Assembly: GCA_950097015.1 (NCBI GenBank)
Contig: CATNEN010000038.1
Coordinates: 12,400,001 to 12,464,000, forward strand
Reading direction: 5' to 3'
DNA length: 64,000 nt
Origin: Macrostomum hystrix
Taxonomy: Eukaryota; Animalia; Platyhelminthes
Of this stretch, positions 24,891 to 36,035 are shown one piece after another (positions within the stretch are counted from its first letter, which is position 1; each line of letters opens with the position of its first letter). The notes under the pieces are model-generated. The model made no database searches. It was not told the DNA's origin and worked only from the letters and a program-made list of their open reading frames with translations. A program made the position numbers and the translations under genes.

Positions 24891-25351
24891 GCCTAGTCTG
24901 CTCGGCGAATTGTTGGCTGGTGATGACGTCAGCGCTTCAGATAGCTTGCAGTGGGCTTTGTTGCTGACCAAGTACAGGAGAGTTGAACTTAGGAGCTAGC
25001 AGTTCTCACAGTATGAGACTCTGGAGGGTCTTATTTCAACTCTACTCATTTGTAAGGCCTTCAAGAAACATGCTCTGTGCCTTAGCTTTATGTCATTTGC
25101 CTGAATGTGATCAGTATACCTACCTATCTGTTTATAAAATGCTAATTTTGTTTTGTACTGATGCTCGAGTTTTTTTGAGTTTCACCCATTCGATGCTTCT
25201 GGTTAGCAATGATTTTTTTAACTGAAATATAACACTAGCTGGAAAGTTGTCGAGATAAATATTGAGAATTTTTCATTGAAATTATTTAAAAACAAAACCG
25301 GAGTTACAGTTCCTAGAATTCGTTCTCGGCTATCAAGGGCAGCTAACTTAT

Positions 25352-25632
25352 TAAAGCAGGAGGGCTGCGGGCAATGGCGCATCATTTTGTGACACTAGAC
25401 CCGCAGCCAGCGAGGAGGCAGCTTTTGGCTATTTGGCTGACTCCTGAGTACACACGCACACAGATACCGCAAGCAGGCAAATGCTCACAGAGGTATATAC
25501 ACATCTGCTCTGACTTTCTCATCGTCAGGCAGTGTACGCTCGCCCCAAATGAATATGGCCCCGCCACTAAATCGAGCTCAGCCTTGGTGCGAGAGGCAAC
25601 CGCGTTAGACCGCTCTGCTACTCCCCCCCACC
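25352..25632 (-). mobile_element. SINE family B copy
   Basis: gcaggagggctgcgggcaatggcgcatcattttgtgacactagacccgcagccagc tail through to the gagaggcaaccgcgttagaccgctctgc head. Confidence 0.8.
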
Positions 25633-26141
25633 TTGGCAGCTAACTTCATTTTCACTTTCGGTACCACTGAAATGCCTCTATAGCTACATGGATTGTGATC
25701 TGTTTACAGTCGGCATAAAAGGCTTGAGATATCGCTGACACCAAACCCATGCTTCAAGCTCAAGAACACAATTTTTCCTCTGGATTGGGACTTAGAGAAC
25801 GACAGATCGAACTCCAGACCTCTCTGTCTTAAACTTAAAGTAACCAGGCTGCATAGATTGGTTGACTTAAAGATATGTGAATCAAAAAATATCTCAAGAC
25901 TTACAAGTTTCTAAAAAAATTTAAGGGCACTTGTTTATTTGTGGGCATCAACAGCCAAACTTCAAAACGGTGCAGTGTAGGTTAGTGTTGCGAGTAAATT
26001 ACTCTCCCGCTGCAAAACAGCAATACTATAGTCTCCATTTATCAACAAATAGTCAGTTTATTACGCCAGCTTTAATAGTTTAGTCTTGAAGTCAGTGATA
26101 TAAGCTATAAGCACCGAAAGCAAAGGCTGCTGCTCCTTTGA

Positions 26142-26614
26142 TCAGCCGGTCCTCCTGCTCAGCGACTCCTGGCCAGTAGCCAGGCGCTGCAAGGCTTGCT
26201 GAATCTCCACCATGCCGTTGACTTGGGCCTGCATCTCGTTGCCCATGGACTGCAGCACTTTGCCTAGGTGCTTGAGACCATTGCTAGTCGACATGCCCTG
26301 CACCTGGTTGGCCTGGTCGCGCAGATAGCTTAAGTCGGTGCGGAGGGGCCGGAAGCTGGGCGTCCACTTCTCCTGGAGGTCGAGGCTCGACTGTGGAAGG
26401 CACCGATTCGTTATAAGGTCAATGATTGGCGAGTGTAAATACCACTGGAGCAACTCAACCCACATTTACTTACATCGTCAAGTTCTTCATTCACGGCCTC
26501 CAGGTCGCTAGGCTCGGAGTTCAGAATTGAATCTTCGGCGACTTGACTGCCGGCACTGACCGCTCCTAGGAGCAGCAGAAACAGAGCAAGGGACTGGAGC
26601 GGGCTGGCTTGCAT
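26142..26614 (-). CDS. Small secreted prepro-protein A (signal peptide, acidic propiece, helical domain), 2 exons, 129 aa, unknown family
   Basis: Exon 1 26614-26474 (MQASPLQSLALFLLLLGAVSA + acidic GSQVAEDSILNSEPSDLEAVNEELDD), 83-nt phase-0 intron gtaagt...ccacag, exon 2 26390-26142 (SSLDLQEKWTPSFRPL...LSRRTG*). GC3-rich codons. Confidence 0.82.
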
Positions 26615-26831
26615 GCTGTGGCTTAGCGTCTATGGCCGTGACTGCGCAATGAGACTTTGTTCTCATGAAAAAGACGGATTTGCAGCGACACAAGGTGAAA
26701 TAAACTGTTTTGACTGTTAGGCGTAACTCAAATCCAGGACTCGATCAGCTAATAAATAGAGATCACTAAGCCATGGCTCCGCTAAAGTGTTCTCAAACAC
26801 TACCTGATTAGCTTAGAGTCACGAGCCAGCA
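26615..26831. promoter_or_regulatory. Putative bidirectional promoter between the two secreted-protein genes
   Basis: Only 217 bp separate two divergent ATGs; AT-rich TATA-like taataaata at ~26750. Inferred from geometry only. Confidence 0.55.
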
Positions 26832-27678
26832 ATGAAACTGAGACAACCGCAGCTGCTGGCCGTGCTGCTGCTCTTAGTAGCAGCATGCGTCGTCCACCTG
26901 GGCGGGGCGGCTGTTGCTGAGCCGTCCGCCGTGCACGCTGAGCAGTCACTGGTCCCGGAGTCGTCTCAAGTTGAGGAGAACCTTCTCGAGTCGGCTGCCA
27001 GCGATCCGGAGGAAGAGAATGACTATTTAGAGGCCATGGAGATGTTCGAGAATGAGGCAGCCGCTGTGAGTTGTTTTTTTTCTGGCAATGGTTTCTGTCC
27101 CGCATATAGGAAGTAAGCAAGTCTGATCAGGCAGCAATGCTTTTACAGGTCGCATGCATTTGCATCTCCATTGTTTGCAGAATGGCCTGACCGCCGAGGA
27201 GATCCAGCAGAAGTGGCGGTTCCGCGGTCCCCGGTTCAGTCTGCCGAGAATCCGCCTGCCGAGGATCCGCCTGCCGAGGATCCGCCTGCCGAGGATCCGC
27301 CTGCCGAGGATCCGCCTGCCCAGGTTCCGCCTGCCGAGGTTCCGCCTGCGCCTGCCGAAAATTCGGGTCCGGCTTGATCTACGAAAGCTTGCCAGGAATT
27401 TGAACGTCTTTCGACACCTGAAGAAATTCCGCGATATGGTTAAGAATCTAATCAACAGACCCAATGAGGACTCGATGCTCAAGCCGTACATGCTAGAGTT
27501 GGCCATGGCCGTGTCGGAGATGATTCTCAACCTTGAAGCTAGCTCGAAGCAAATCATTGAGGCGCAGCAGATGGTGCGCGAATTGGCCAAAAACTATGAA
27601 ATCCTACGGAGTGCAGTTCAGATGGGACAGCCTTTTGTGGCGGGGGGCATTGCGTGTGGATTGGACAGAATTTACTAA
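26832..27678 (+). CDS. Secreted prepro-protein B with Arg/Pro-rich (LPRIR)n cationic repeat, 2 exons, 243 aa; candidate antimicrobial peptide precursor
   Basis: Exon 1 26832-27065 (signal [29 protein letters not shown] + Glu-rich propiece), 115-nt phase-0 intron gtgagt...ttgcag, exon 2 27181-27678 ([20 protein letters not shown](LPRIR)5(LPRFR)2LRLPKIRVR... then a helical domain). Confidence 0.85.
27241..27345 (+). repeat. Coding 15-bp tandem repeat x7 (ctgccgaggatccgc)
   Basis: Seven in-frame units encoding LPRIR x5 and LPRFR x2. Confidence 0.95.
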
Positions 27679-30102
27679 ACGCGCTCCGCAGCCTAAAACA
27701 TCAAATTTTCACTGTTATTCTCTGATACACGGTACAGGCAAATCGGTGCCACCAATAAGACGGCAGTATAGGCCATATCGATCAGCTGTCAATTAATTAT
27801 TAATCAAGTTAAAACACAAAATGGTATTTTTCTTAACGGAAATTAATAAGCAGAAACTTGGAAACGGTGACTTATAAAATATTTACCAAGTCTTGGTACA
27901 AAGCTCTCGCGAATTAGTTTTTCATCAATAGTGCAAGTAGCTACTTGTATCAGCTGCTGCTGCTCATTTTTCCCTGTAAATTATATATTAAAAGTGAAGT
28001 CTGTGTAGATGCCTCATCAGTCAATTGGAGCAAGTCGAATTCATTCCGGTCGGTAAGGATTCGCCAAGTAGATTCTCGTTTTTAAATCCCTCTGCCGACA
28101 TGCTTCGACTAGGACACGCCAAAGATTCTTCCGATAGCAGGGCCCTTTCCAGTGGTCGTAGACATGCTAATTCTTTTACGAATTCTTCTAATTCTACTTC
28201 TCGTACTTCAGTTGGTAGCAAGTAGTAGTGGATTAAGGGTATGCGTCTGACAACATTTTTGTTCCGTTGTGTCTCCCGGTAATTAATCAATATGTGGGTA
28301 AGCGTAAAGCCGATAAAGGGCGGATGGTTAGTGCATGGTTCGATTTTGAAGCAAGAGGGGGCAACGTCTCAAATCTGAAGACAAGCTTCAGAAATAAACA
28401 CATGGAATAAACACCTGACAAAAACTCCTGAAATAAACGTTAGAGTTGCTGCCATCATGGTCAGAACGGTTGGTTGTCTCGAAAGACTTCTCTTGCCTTA
28501 AACCTGTAAATTGAAAATAATAAACACCTGAATTCGAGACTTGAAGACAAGTTCTGTGAAAAAATTGTTAGTATTTATAGCCGTTCGAGCTCTGCCATTG
28601 GCTGAGGCCCTTCAAGCGCACTCGATAGCTGGAAACATTGACGCGGGTGGTATCGCCGTGGGCGTGCCAAAACTGCTGTGGAAAAACCGTGGAAATACCG
28701 GCCACAGATCTCGAATACTGACACCCTAAGAAGAAACCAACTTAAGACATATTAACTAAATTTCTAGGAGAGACTATAAACCAGCGACAGCGGCAATGCT
28801 AGCTAGTCAAGGAGTGGAAGCTAGATGCTATGCCTTGCAAATAGCGACTCACTGCAGTTTTATCAGACAATTAAGTCCTGGAAGCTTCGGTGCGTTCTCT
28901 TTTGGGTGTGGCCTATGCTCTGCATTCTCCAGTGTACAGCGCTGTCAAGGCAACGCACACGCACTAGGAAACACCAAAGCAGAATTCCAGGCCCCTTAAA
29001 AAATGACATATTCTCTCTCCTATGCAAAATGTTTCTTTCATTTCTCTCTCCCACGGCACAGTGAAATGGGTAGCATTGCAAAGACAAAAGAGAATGTAAA
29101 AAATGTGTACACTATATGTACGCAATTGATGGTAGCCAAAAATTTTTTTTAAGGAGTACATAGAAAGTTCCCCTTTCTCACCTTTGGAAATGTACTTTCG
29201 TAGGTGCATCTCGCAAGCGAATGTACGCCACCCTGAGCTAGCCAGGTGCATATCCCAGGCGCATATCGATCGCTCTTCGTAGCTCTAGATAAACAGAGTT
29301 TTATTCGTAAAGCTATCTCATTTAATTTTTTTTTCGCAGCCAGAGTGACCTCTTTTGGTGTAAGAAATCCGTAAGTTCTTTATATTCCTAGATAGTTTGC
29401 GTCAACCAAATTGTCAAATAAGTGTATAGCAGATTAATGGAGGATAGCGCAGTGCTGCCTACCACATAGTGTTATTTTAAGTGTTATTATAAGTGTTAAC
29501 TTGGCTCGTACATGTACAAGACTTGTACGGATTTAATTCAACGGCTTATTATAGTATCTGAGCCTTCCTTTCATTCTTAGAAAATTCGCAAAGCTGTTCA
29601 GATATGATTGGGAGTGTTTTTAACGCGCTTCATTTAAATACGAGTATGTTGCTTTTGCAGCAGACTGTTTTTATGGCTGGTGTTTCTTGCTTCTTAGCAG
29701 CCATGAAGGGAACCGATGCTGTGCTGGCAAATATACTGAACTCGTTATATAGCTTCGTGGCTGCGAGACTGTCTGCTGATGCATATGTAAACTCGGCGCA
29801 GTGTTCTTGTTTAATTAGCACTCTTGCATCCTAATGAAACCATTTAACGGCATTAGTAAAGGGGGGAAGAAGGGGAAAGGGGACATTAGTTCTCTGCTTG
29901 GGGGCATTGGTGGCCTACTGGGGGGAATATCGGTTCTGTGTTTAAGCTAGGGGGTCATTAGTTCTATGCTGAAGGGGGCATTGGGAGAAATTTTGTCTGA
30001 TGTGTTTGTTTGCCCATAGATGTTACACCGGAGTGGAATGTGTTTGGGACACCCTATGGGGGGCGATGTGGCTAGTCTATGCAAATAATTGACTACACCT
30101 GT

Positions 30103-30395
30103 CCCAATTGGGTCAGATGTGCAGCCGACAGCACAGCCGCAGCTATTGCGCGGCGCATCTGAAGGCTGCGTACGGCTGTTCAGTCCATGGACTGGGGGGA
30201 CACCACACCCACCCTCAATTATCCCAGCTGATGCTGCAACCCATTTAGCAGCTGGGTGAACTGAAGCAATGCAGAGTTAAGTGTCTTGCTAAAGGACACA
30301 AATTGCTCCAGTGGAGTCGGGAACCGAACCCCCGACCTTCAAGTCGTGAGTCCGACGTTCTAACCACTAGGCTACAAACTCTACTAGGCTACAAC
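30103..30395 (-). mobile_element. tRNA-derived SINE, family A, near full length
   Basis: Minus strand: gtagcctagtggttagaacgtcggactcacgacttgaaggtcgggggttcggttcccgac head, central domain, and a 3' region shared with 330-546. Confidence 0.8.
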
Positions 30396-30468
30396 CTCTC
30401 TCCTCTCTATGCACAATACGCTCGTATCTAATGAAAACTACACTTGAATATATTTCATAGCTTGTAAT

Positions 30469-30673
30469 TGTAGTGAGCGAGAGAAGTCAGCCAGTGTCAA
30501 TTCCACTTAAAAGCTCCAGCCCTCCAAAACGGGCGTGCAATGCTTTATATATTTACTCAATCAATGCATGTACATTAAAGAGGTGTCATTGGCATGTACA
30601 TTGCGCAATCACCATTAAGCAATACTAGCAATCGGCCCACAGCACCGATATTAAAGTTCGCTACGTCACAACA
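30469..30673 (-). repeat. 3' LTR
   Basis: Direct repeat of 34908-35112 with 3 substitutions. Confidence 0.96.
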
Positions 30674-30689
30674 TTCACCCTCCTCCTAG

Positions 30690-33600
30690 TCACTGGTCCC
30701 ATCAGTCCCTTCAGCACAAGCTCAGTGCGTGACCACCTGGCCGTACCACTTGGCGGTGCGCGAAGTCTGGCACTGCACCGCAGTTCAGCGCCGTTTTCCG
30801 TAGCAGCCTCCGGACCATCAGTCAGCGCCTGGTCACCCGCTTGCGGCTGCGGCTGCCGAGGTGGCTCGGCCTCAGGCACCGTTGCTCGTGCGCCTTCAGT
30901 CGCGGCCAAAGGCAGGCAGACGCTCGTGTGCCACCTCGAACCGTCCTCTAGCATGACGATCGTCGGGCTGATGATGTCGCTGACACGCAGAGGCTGTGAC
31001 ATGTGGCTCTGTAGTTTGCCTCGCATTCTCGGTGATCGGACTTGCACCATGTCGCCCACTCTGAATTGGCGCGGCGGTTTCCGAGTCCTGTTAAGCCGCT
31101 CGAACTGTCACCGCTGCTTGGCCTTGATTTGGTCCTCCAGCGGGTGCTCCTTGGTCGGTGGCCTCGGCTGCAGTGTCCACAGCGGCGTGGTGATCTTGCG
31201 CCCGAGCATCAGCTCCGCTGGAGTCACTCCCGTCATCGCGTGGGGTGTCGACCGGTACGCCCAGAGGATTGACTGCACTGCCTCCAGAAACGAGTAGCCG
31301 TCCCGCAGGTGACTCTTCAGGCCCTCTTTGACAACTCGGTTCAGGCGCTCAACTCCAGAGTTGCCTTGCGGATGGTAGAACGGGGTCTGCCGATGTGCGA
31401 TCCCATGTGCCTTCAGGAAGTCCCTGAACTCCTGGGACACAAACTGCGGTCCGCCGTCCGTCGTGATCACTCTCGGGATGCCCCAGCGAGAGAACAGCGC
31501 CTTGAGACTCCCGATGATGGTCGTTGAAGTCGCAGAGGACAAACAGATCAGCTCTGGCCACTTTGAATGTAGGTCGTGCACTCCGAGGATGAATCGGCAG
31601 TTCTGCGGGGCGCCCTCGTGCAGCTCCCCGAACAGGTCGATCTGCAGCTCAGTCCACGGCTCCTTTGGCCACTTGGTCGCAGTCAGGATCGTCCGATGCG
31701 GCTTGAAGCTCTTCTCTCTCATGACGCACGCAGAACAGTTGCCGACGAACCTTTCGATGTCGCTGTCCATTTTTGGCCACCACACAGTGTCCCGGCACTG
31801 ATGCTTGGTCCTGCTGACTCCCCGGTGACCTTGGTGCGCCAAGTCGAGTACTCGTTGACGAAGACTTTCTGGCACCACAGCGCGAGCACCCATCGCCAGG
31901 CACCTGCCGTTGCTCCAGACAGATAGCTCGTTTCTGACCTTCCAGTAGGGCAGCAGGCGCTCGTCGAGTCTCCGCTTGTCCGGCCATACAGCTACAGTGA
32001 AGTCAACGACAGGTGCGAGCAGCTCGTCCGATGCCGTTGCCTCGGCGAGTTCCTCCTCGGTGACCACGCTCAGCGCCTCGGCTAGCAGTACTCGCTGCAC
32101 CTTCAAGTCGTCAGTAGCATCATCTTCCGTCGGCCTTTCCGTGCCGTCGCAGCGGGACAGGAAGTCGGGCACAATGTTCTTTGCACCTGGGACGTACTTG
32201 ACAGTGAAGTCATAGCTAAGTAGACGATCCGCCCAACGGTGCAGTCTGAGTGGCCGGTGCCCGCTTCCCGATGCTGACAGCAGGGTGGTGAGAGCCTGAT
32301 GGTCCGTATGGAGCTCGAAGCGTCGACCGTAGAGGAAGAAGTTCCAGCGTTCGCAGGCGAAGATGCAGGCCAAAGCCTCACGCTCACTGGCTGAGTAGCG
32401 GCGCTCTGTCTCACTCAGCGTCCGGCTGGCGAAAGCTACAGGCCGCCACCGATTGGCCGCGTCCTACTGAAGGAGAACCGCACCGAGAGCTGTTGCCGAG
32501 CTGTCGCAGCTGATGATGATCGGCTGGTCTGGATCAAAGAACTTCAGGCAGGGCGGGTTGCTTACACCTGCCTTCAGCTGCTCGAATGCCTTCTGGCACT
32601 CGCTCGTCCATTGCCACGGCTCCTCCTTCCTGAGCAGCTTCATGAGTGGCTCCGCCGTACTCGAGAGGTTGGGAATGAAGTTTCCAAAGTACTTCACAAC
32701 GCCCAGGAATGCAGACACCTCCTTGGTGTTCGTCGGCGGCTGCACCTTCTTGATGGCTTGCACGTGTGATCGCAGTGGTCTGACTCCGGATGCACTCAGC
32801 TCGTAGCCCAGGAAGTCAATTTTTTCCTGCCTCCAAGCGCACTTGGCCGGGTTGATGGTCACGTTGTGCGTCAACAACGCTTGCAACACCATGAGCAGCT
32901 GCTTATCGTGCTCATCCTTGGAAGTTGCATGCACCACGATGTCATCCATGAAGTGCACTGCGCCTCTGATGCCGCCGAGTATCTTGGCGAGGACCTTCTG
33001 GAATGCGGCTGGTGCGCTACAGAGACCGAAGCAGACTCTCCGGTAGCGGTACAGGCCTCGCTCAGTCACGAATGTTGTTAGATTCCTGCAGTCTTCAGCC
33101 AGATCCAGCTGCAGGTAGGATGAGTTGAGGTCCAGTTTCGAGAAGACCCGCGAACTTTCAAACTCGGCTGAGAGCTCCTCGAAGGTTGGCAGCGGGTACC
33201 TGTCCGGTATGATGCTCTTGTTCGGACCTCTCAGGTCGTTGCAGATTCGAATCGCGCTGTTGGCCTTCGGAACCACAACCAGGTTCGAAACCCAGTCCGA
33301 AGAGTCGACCTCCTCAATGATGCCTTGTTGCAGCAGCTTGTCGATCTCCTTATGCACCGCGTCACGCAGACTAAGCGGCACTCTGCGCAGCTGCTCAGCA
33401 GTCGGCTGCACCGCCGGGTTCACTCGCGGCCTGTGCTGAAATCCCTTGATGTGCCCGAGTCCTCTGGTCAGCTGGTCAAACCGGCTCGGGATCCAGTCAG
33501 GCAGGGCTCTGTCACCGGCCGTCTGCACCCGTTCACCGTCTGCCGTAACGATCTGCAGTCCCAGCTGATCCATGAGATCGCAGCCCAGGATGTCGGAGCC

Positions 33601-34813
33601 CGTCTTGACCACGCTGATGTTGCAGTAGGGCACGACCTTTTCCTTGAGCTGCACGGACACCAGAACGTCGCCGAGCACTTGGATTTTGCTGCCGTTGAAC
33701 GCAACCAGCTTCCGAGATGACGCGTGCAGCGGCACCTTGGACAAGAGCCTCCCGTAGGTTTCCTTAGTGATGATGCACACCCGGGAGCCGGAATCCACGA
33801 GCAGCTTGACAGGCCGTCCGTTCAGCAGCACCTCACAGTACTTGCTGGCTGCCACGGCCGTTTTCACTGTGCAGACAGAGTAGTCGTCGTCAAGCTGTCG
33901 CACCTGGCCTCCACTCCTGCAGACCCTGGCGAAATGCCCCAGCTTCCCGCAGGCCTTGCATTCCTTGCCTTTTGCCGGGCAGGTCTGTCCACGCTGATGC
34001 GCTCCCTTGCCGCAGTTGACACAGTTCCGGCCGGAGTCGGAGACCGGCCTTGGTGTCTCCTGCCGCTTTGCTGTCGCCTTGCCTTTCCAGCTATCAGGCC
34101 GTCGACTGTTGACGTTCTGGACCCCCTGTGCGATACCGGAGTCTGCGCGGTTGCCACCCTTTAAGGCCTGGGCTTCGAGCAATCCGGTCTCCAGCCGTTC
34201 GGCGAGCTGAACGGCGGTTTCCAGGGTCAGCTTCGGCTCCATCAACAGTCGCTCACGGATGTGGTTGCTGAGCACCTTCTCGATGAGCTGATCCCTCAGC
34301 ATCTCTTCCTGGAAAGTCTTGAAGTCGCAGTTGGCTGCCAGGCTCCGCAGTGCGGCGATGAAGTCGCTGATTTTCTCGCCAGGCCGCTGAGCTCTCTGCC
34401 GGAACCGGTGCCGTTCGGCCACGACGTTGACCTTCGGCCCGAAATGCTTGTCCAGCAGCTGCAGAGTACCTGTCTCATAATTACACCACGGTTTTCGGCT
34501 TTTCTCTTTCGTCCACCGGCTGAATCGACATGAAGATGTTCTGACCCTCTGCACCCAGGCAGTGGATGAGCAGGGCCTGTCGTCTCGGCTCGGGCAGGTC
34601 GATGGCTCCCGATGCTAGCAGGTAGTTGCTGAACATCGCCTTCCACCGAGTCCAGTCGATCAGCGGCGGTCCAGCAGCTGACAGAAACGGCTGCGGCGGC
34701 GAGATATTGACACTCATTCTGCTGGCACAATCTCTGCTTGGTGGTAGGGCTGCACTTTGCTGGGATTCTCTATGTGAATCGCCCAAGCCATCTGCACCCT
34801 CTGTGTCGCTCAT
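30690..34813 (-). pseudogene. Disrupted gag-pol polyprotein of the Gypsy element
   Basis: Twin knuckles CVNCGKGAH..C / CKACGKLGHFARVC, protease LVDSGS, RT FMDD, RNase H DSS..ERRYSASEREALA, integrase H..H..C..C, DLFG, TDGGPQF and ERLNR. Frameshift near 34490; in-frame TAG at 32464-32466; TGA at 31108-31110. Confidence 0.92.
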
Positions 34814-34907
34814 AGCTTGTGTAGAGATGTCTCAGTTGGCAGTTTAGAGTTCGCGCAGGTGCTGAATCACGCTGGCCCAATCAGTTGGGTTGCGATGCGA
34901 CGCCAAA

Positions 34908-35112
34908 TGTAGTGAGCGAGAGAAGTCAGCCAGTGTCAATTCCACTTAAAAGCTCCAGCCCTCCAAAACGGGCGTGCAATGCTTTATATATTTACTCAAT
35001 CAATGCATGTACATTAAAGAGGTGTCATTGGCATGTACATTGCGCAATCACCATTAAGCAATACAAGCAATCGACCCACAGCACCAATATTAAAGTTCGC
35101 TACGTCACAACA
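34908..35112 (-). repeat. 5' LTR
   Basis: Direct repeat of 30469-30673, adjacent to the PBS. Confidence 0.96.
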
Positions 35113-36035
35113 GTAATATAATTTAGAAAAAGTAATTGTTAGTAAAAATCGAACCAATTAGGTTTGCGTACTGTACGAGTATACGAGTACATTCCTGATT
35201 GTCAAGGATAACTGACAATCCCAACTCGAGCAAGAGCTGCCTGTTTAGAGAAGCCTAGGCAGTGTGGGCGAAGAGGTTGAGGTTAGTTAGCGAAAATTTG
35301 GTTTAGCAAAAGTTGGTTAGTAAAAGTTGGCTTGTAGAAGGGCAGCGGCTGGCCCTTCGCAGGCTCTAGCTTCAACAACCTGTATAATAAGCCTGTTGCA
35401 CGGTAATTGGTCTGGTAATACGTTCAGTCTTAGTCCTGGGTCCCAGCATCTAACAGTTTACCTGGCCAGCCCTGCTTCTAAAGGCCAGTTTAGTCGAGTC
35501 TGAATCCCAACTCTGAATGCAAGGTTTTAAGTACAATCTTAGCACAATAAGTACTGCAATGTACTAATCTTTGGTACAGACTTACTATAGCTGCTGTATA
35601 CAAGCTATAATACATACATACATACATACTTACTTGAACACTAGTACATTATTTTGCTACCAAGAGAGTTACTATACACATACGGAGCTCCGTACACGCA
35701 ATGGAGATGCACTGGCTGTGCAAGCATTCATAATTCAGATGCATGCTTTAATTAAAGTTCATTTTAGTTTTAATCATCAAAGCTATGTTTACGTTTCTGA
35801 TACATTGATGTGTGTATGATTACATATATAGACTTACTTCGATTCATACAATAGCAAGCGGCATCCACATGTTAATGCGATGAAACAGTAAGAGATGAGA
35901 CAGTTGAAAGACGAGACATGGGAGAGACGTGACAGAAAATTTCTGAAAACTTTGTCTCACGGCACAATCGATTATTAAAATGATTCTGCGCTAATTACTC
36001 TCTACATGCCATCACTCGTCTGCAGGTAATCTATT

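Larger units (their letters stand above)
30469..35112 (-). mobile_element. Full-length Ty3/Gypsy LTR retrotransposon (Mag-like), mutated
   Basis: 205-bp TG...CA LTRs at 30469-30673 and 34908-35112; 5-bp TSD GTAAT (30464-30468 and 35113-35117); PBS TGGCGTCGC just inside the 5' LTR; PPT AGGAGGAGGGTGAA before the 3' LTR; gag-PR-RT-RH-IN order. Confidence 0.96.

Noticed and set aside
27171-27377. Alternative acidic frame (PPAED)n of the 15-bp repeat
   Set aside because: The phase-0 splice from exon 1 enters the LPRIR frame, which stays open into the domain homologous to gene A; the PPAED frame stops at 27377.
29860-29990. G-run repeats as a G-quadruplex or regulatory element
   Set aside because: Loops are long and irregular, with no independent support; probably a decayed repeat.
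32464-32466. Programmed stop read-through or ribosomal frameshift in the Gypsy element
   Set aside because: The TAG is inside RNase H and the frameshift is early in gag, not at the gag-pol boundary; both are better explained as mutations.
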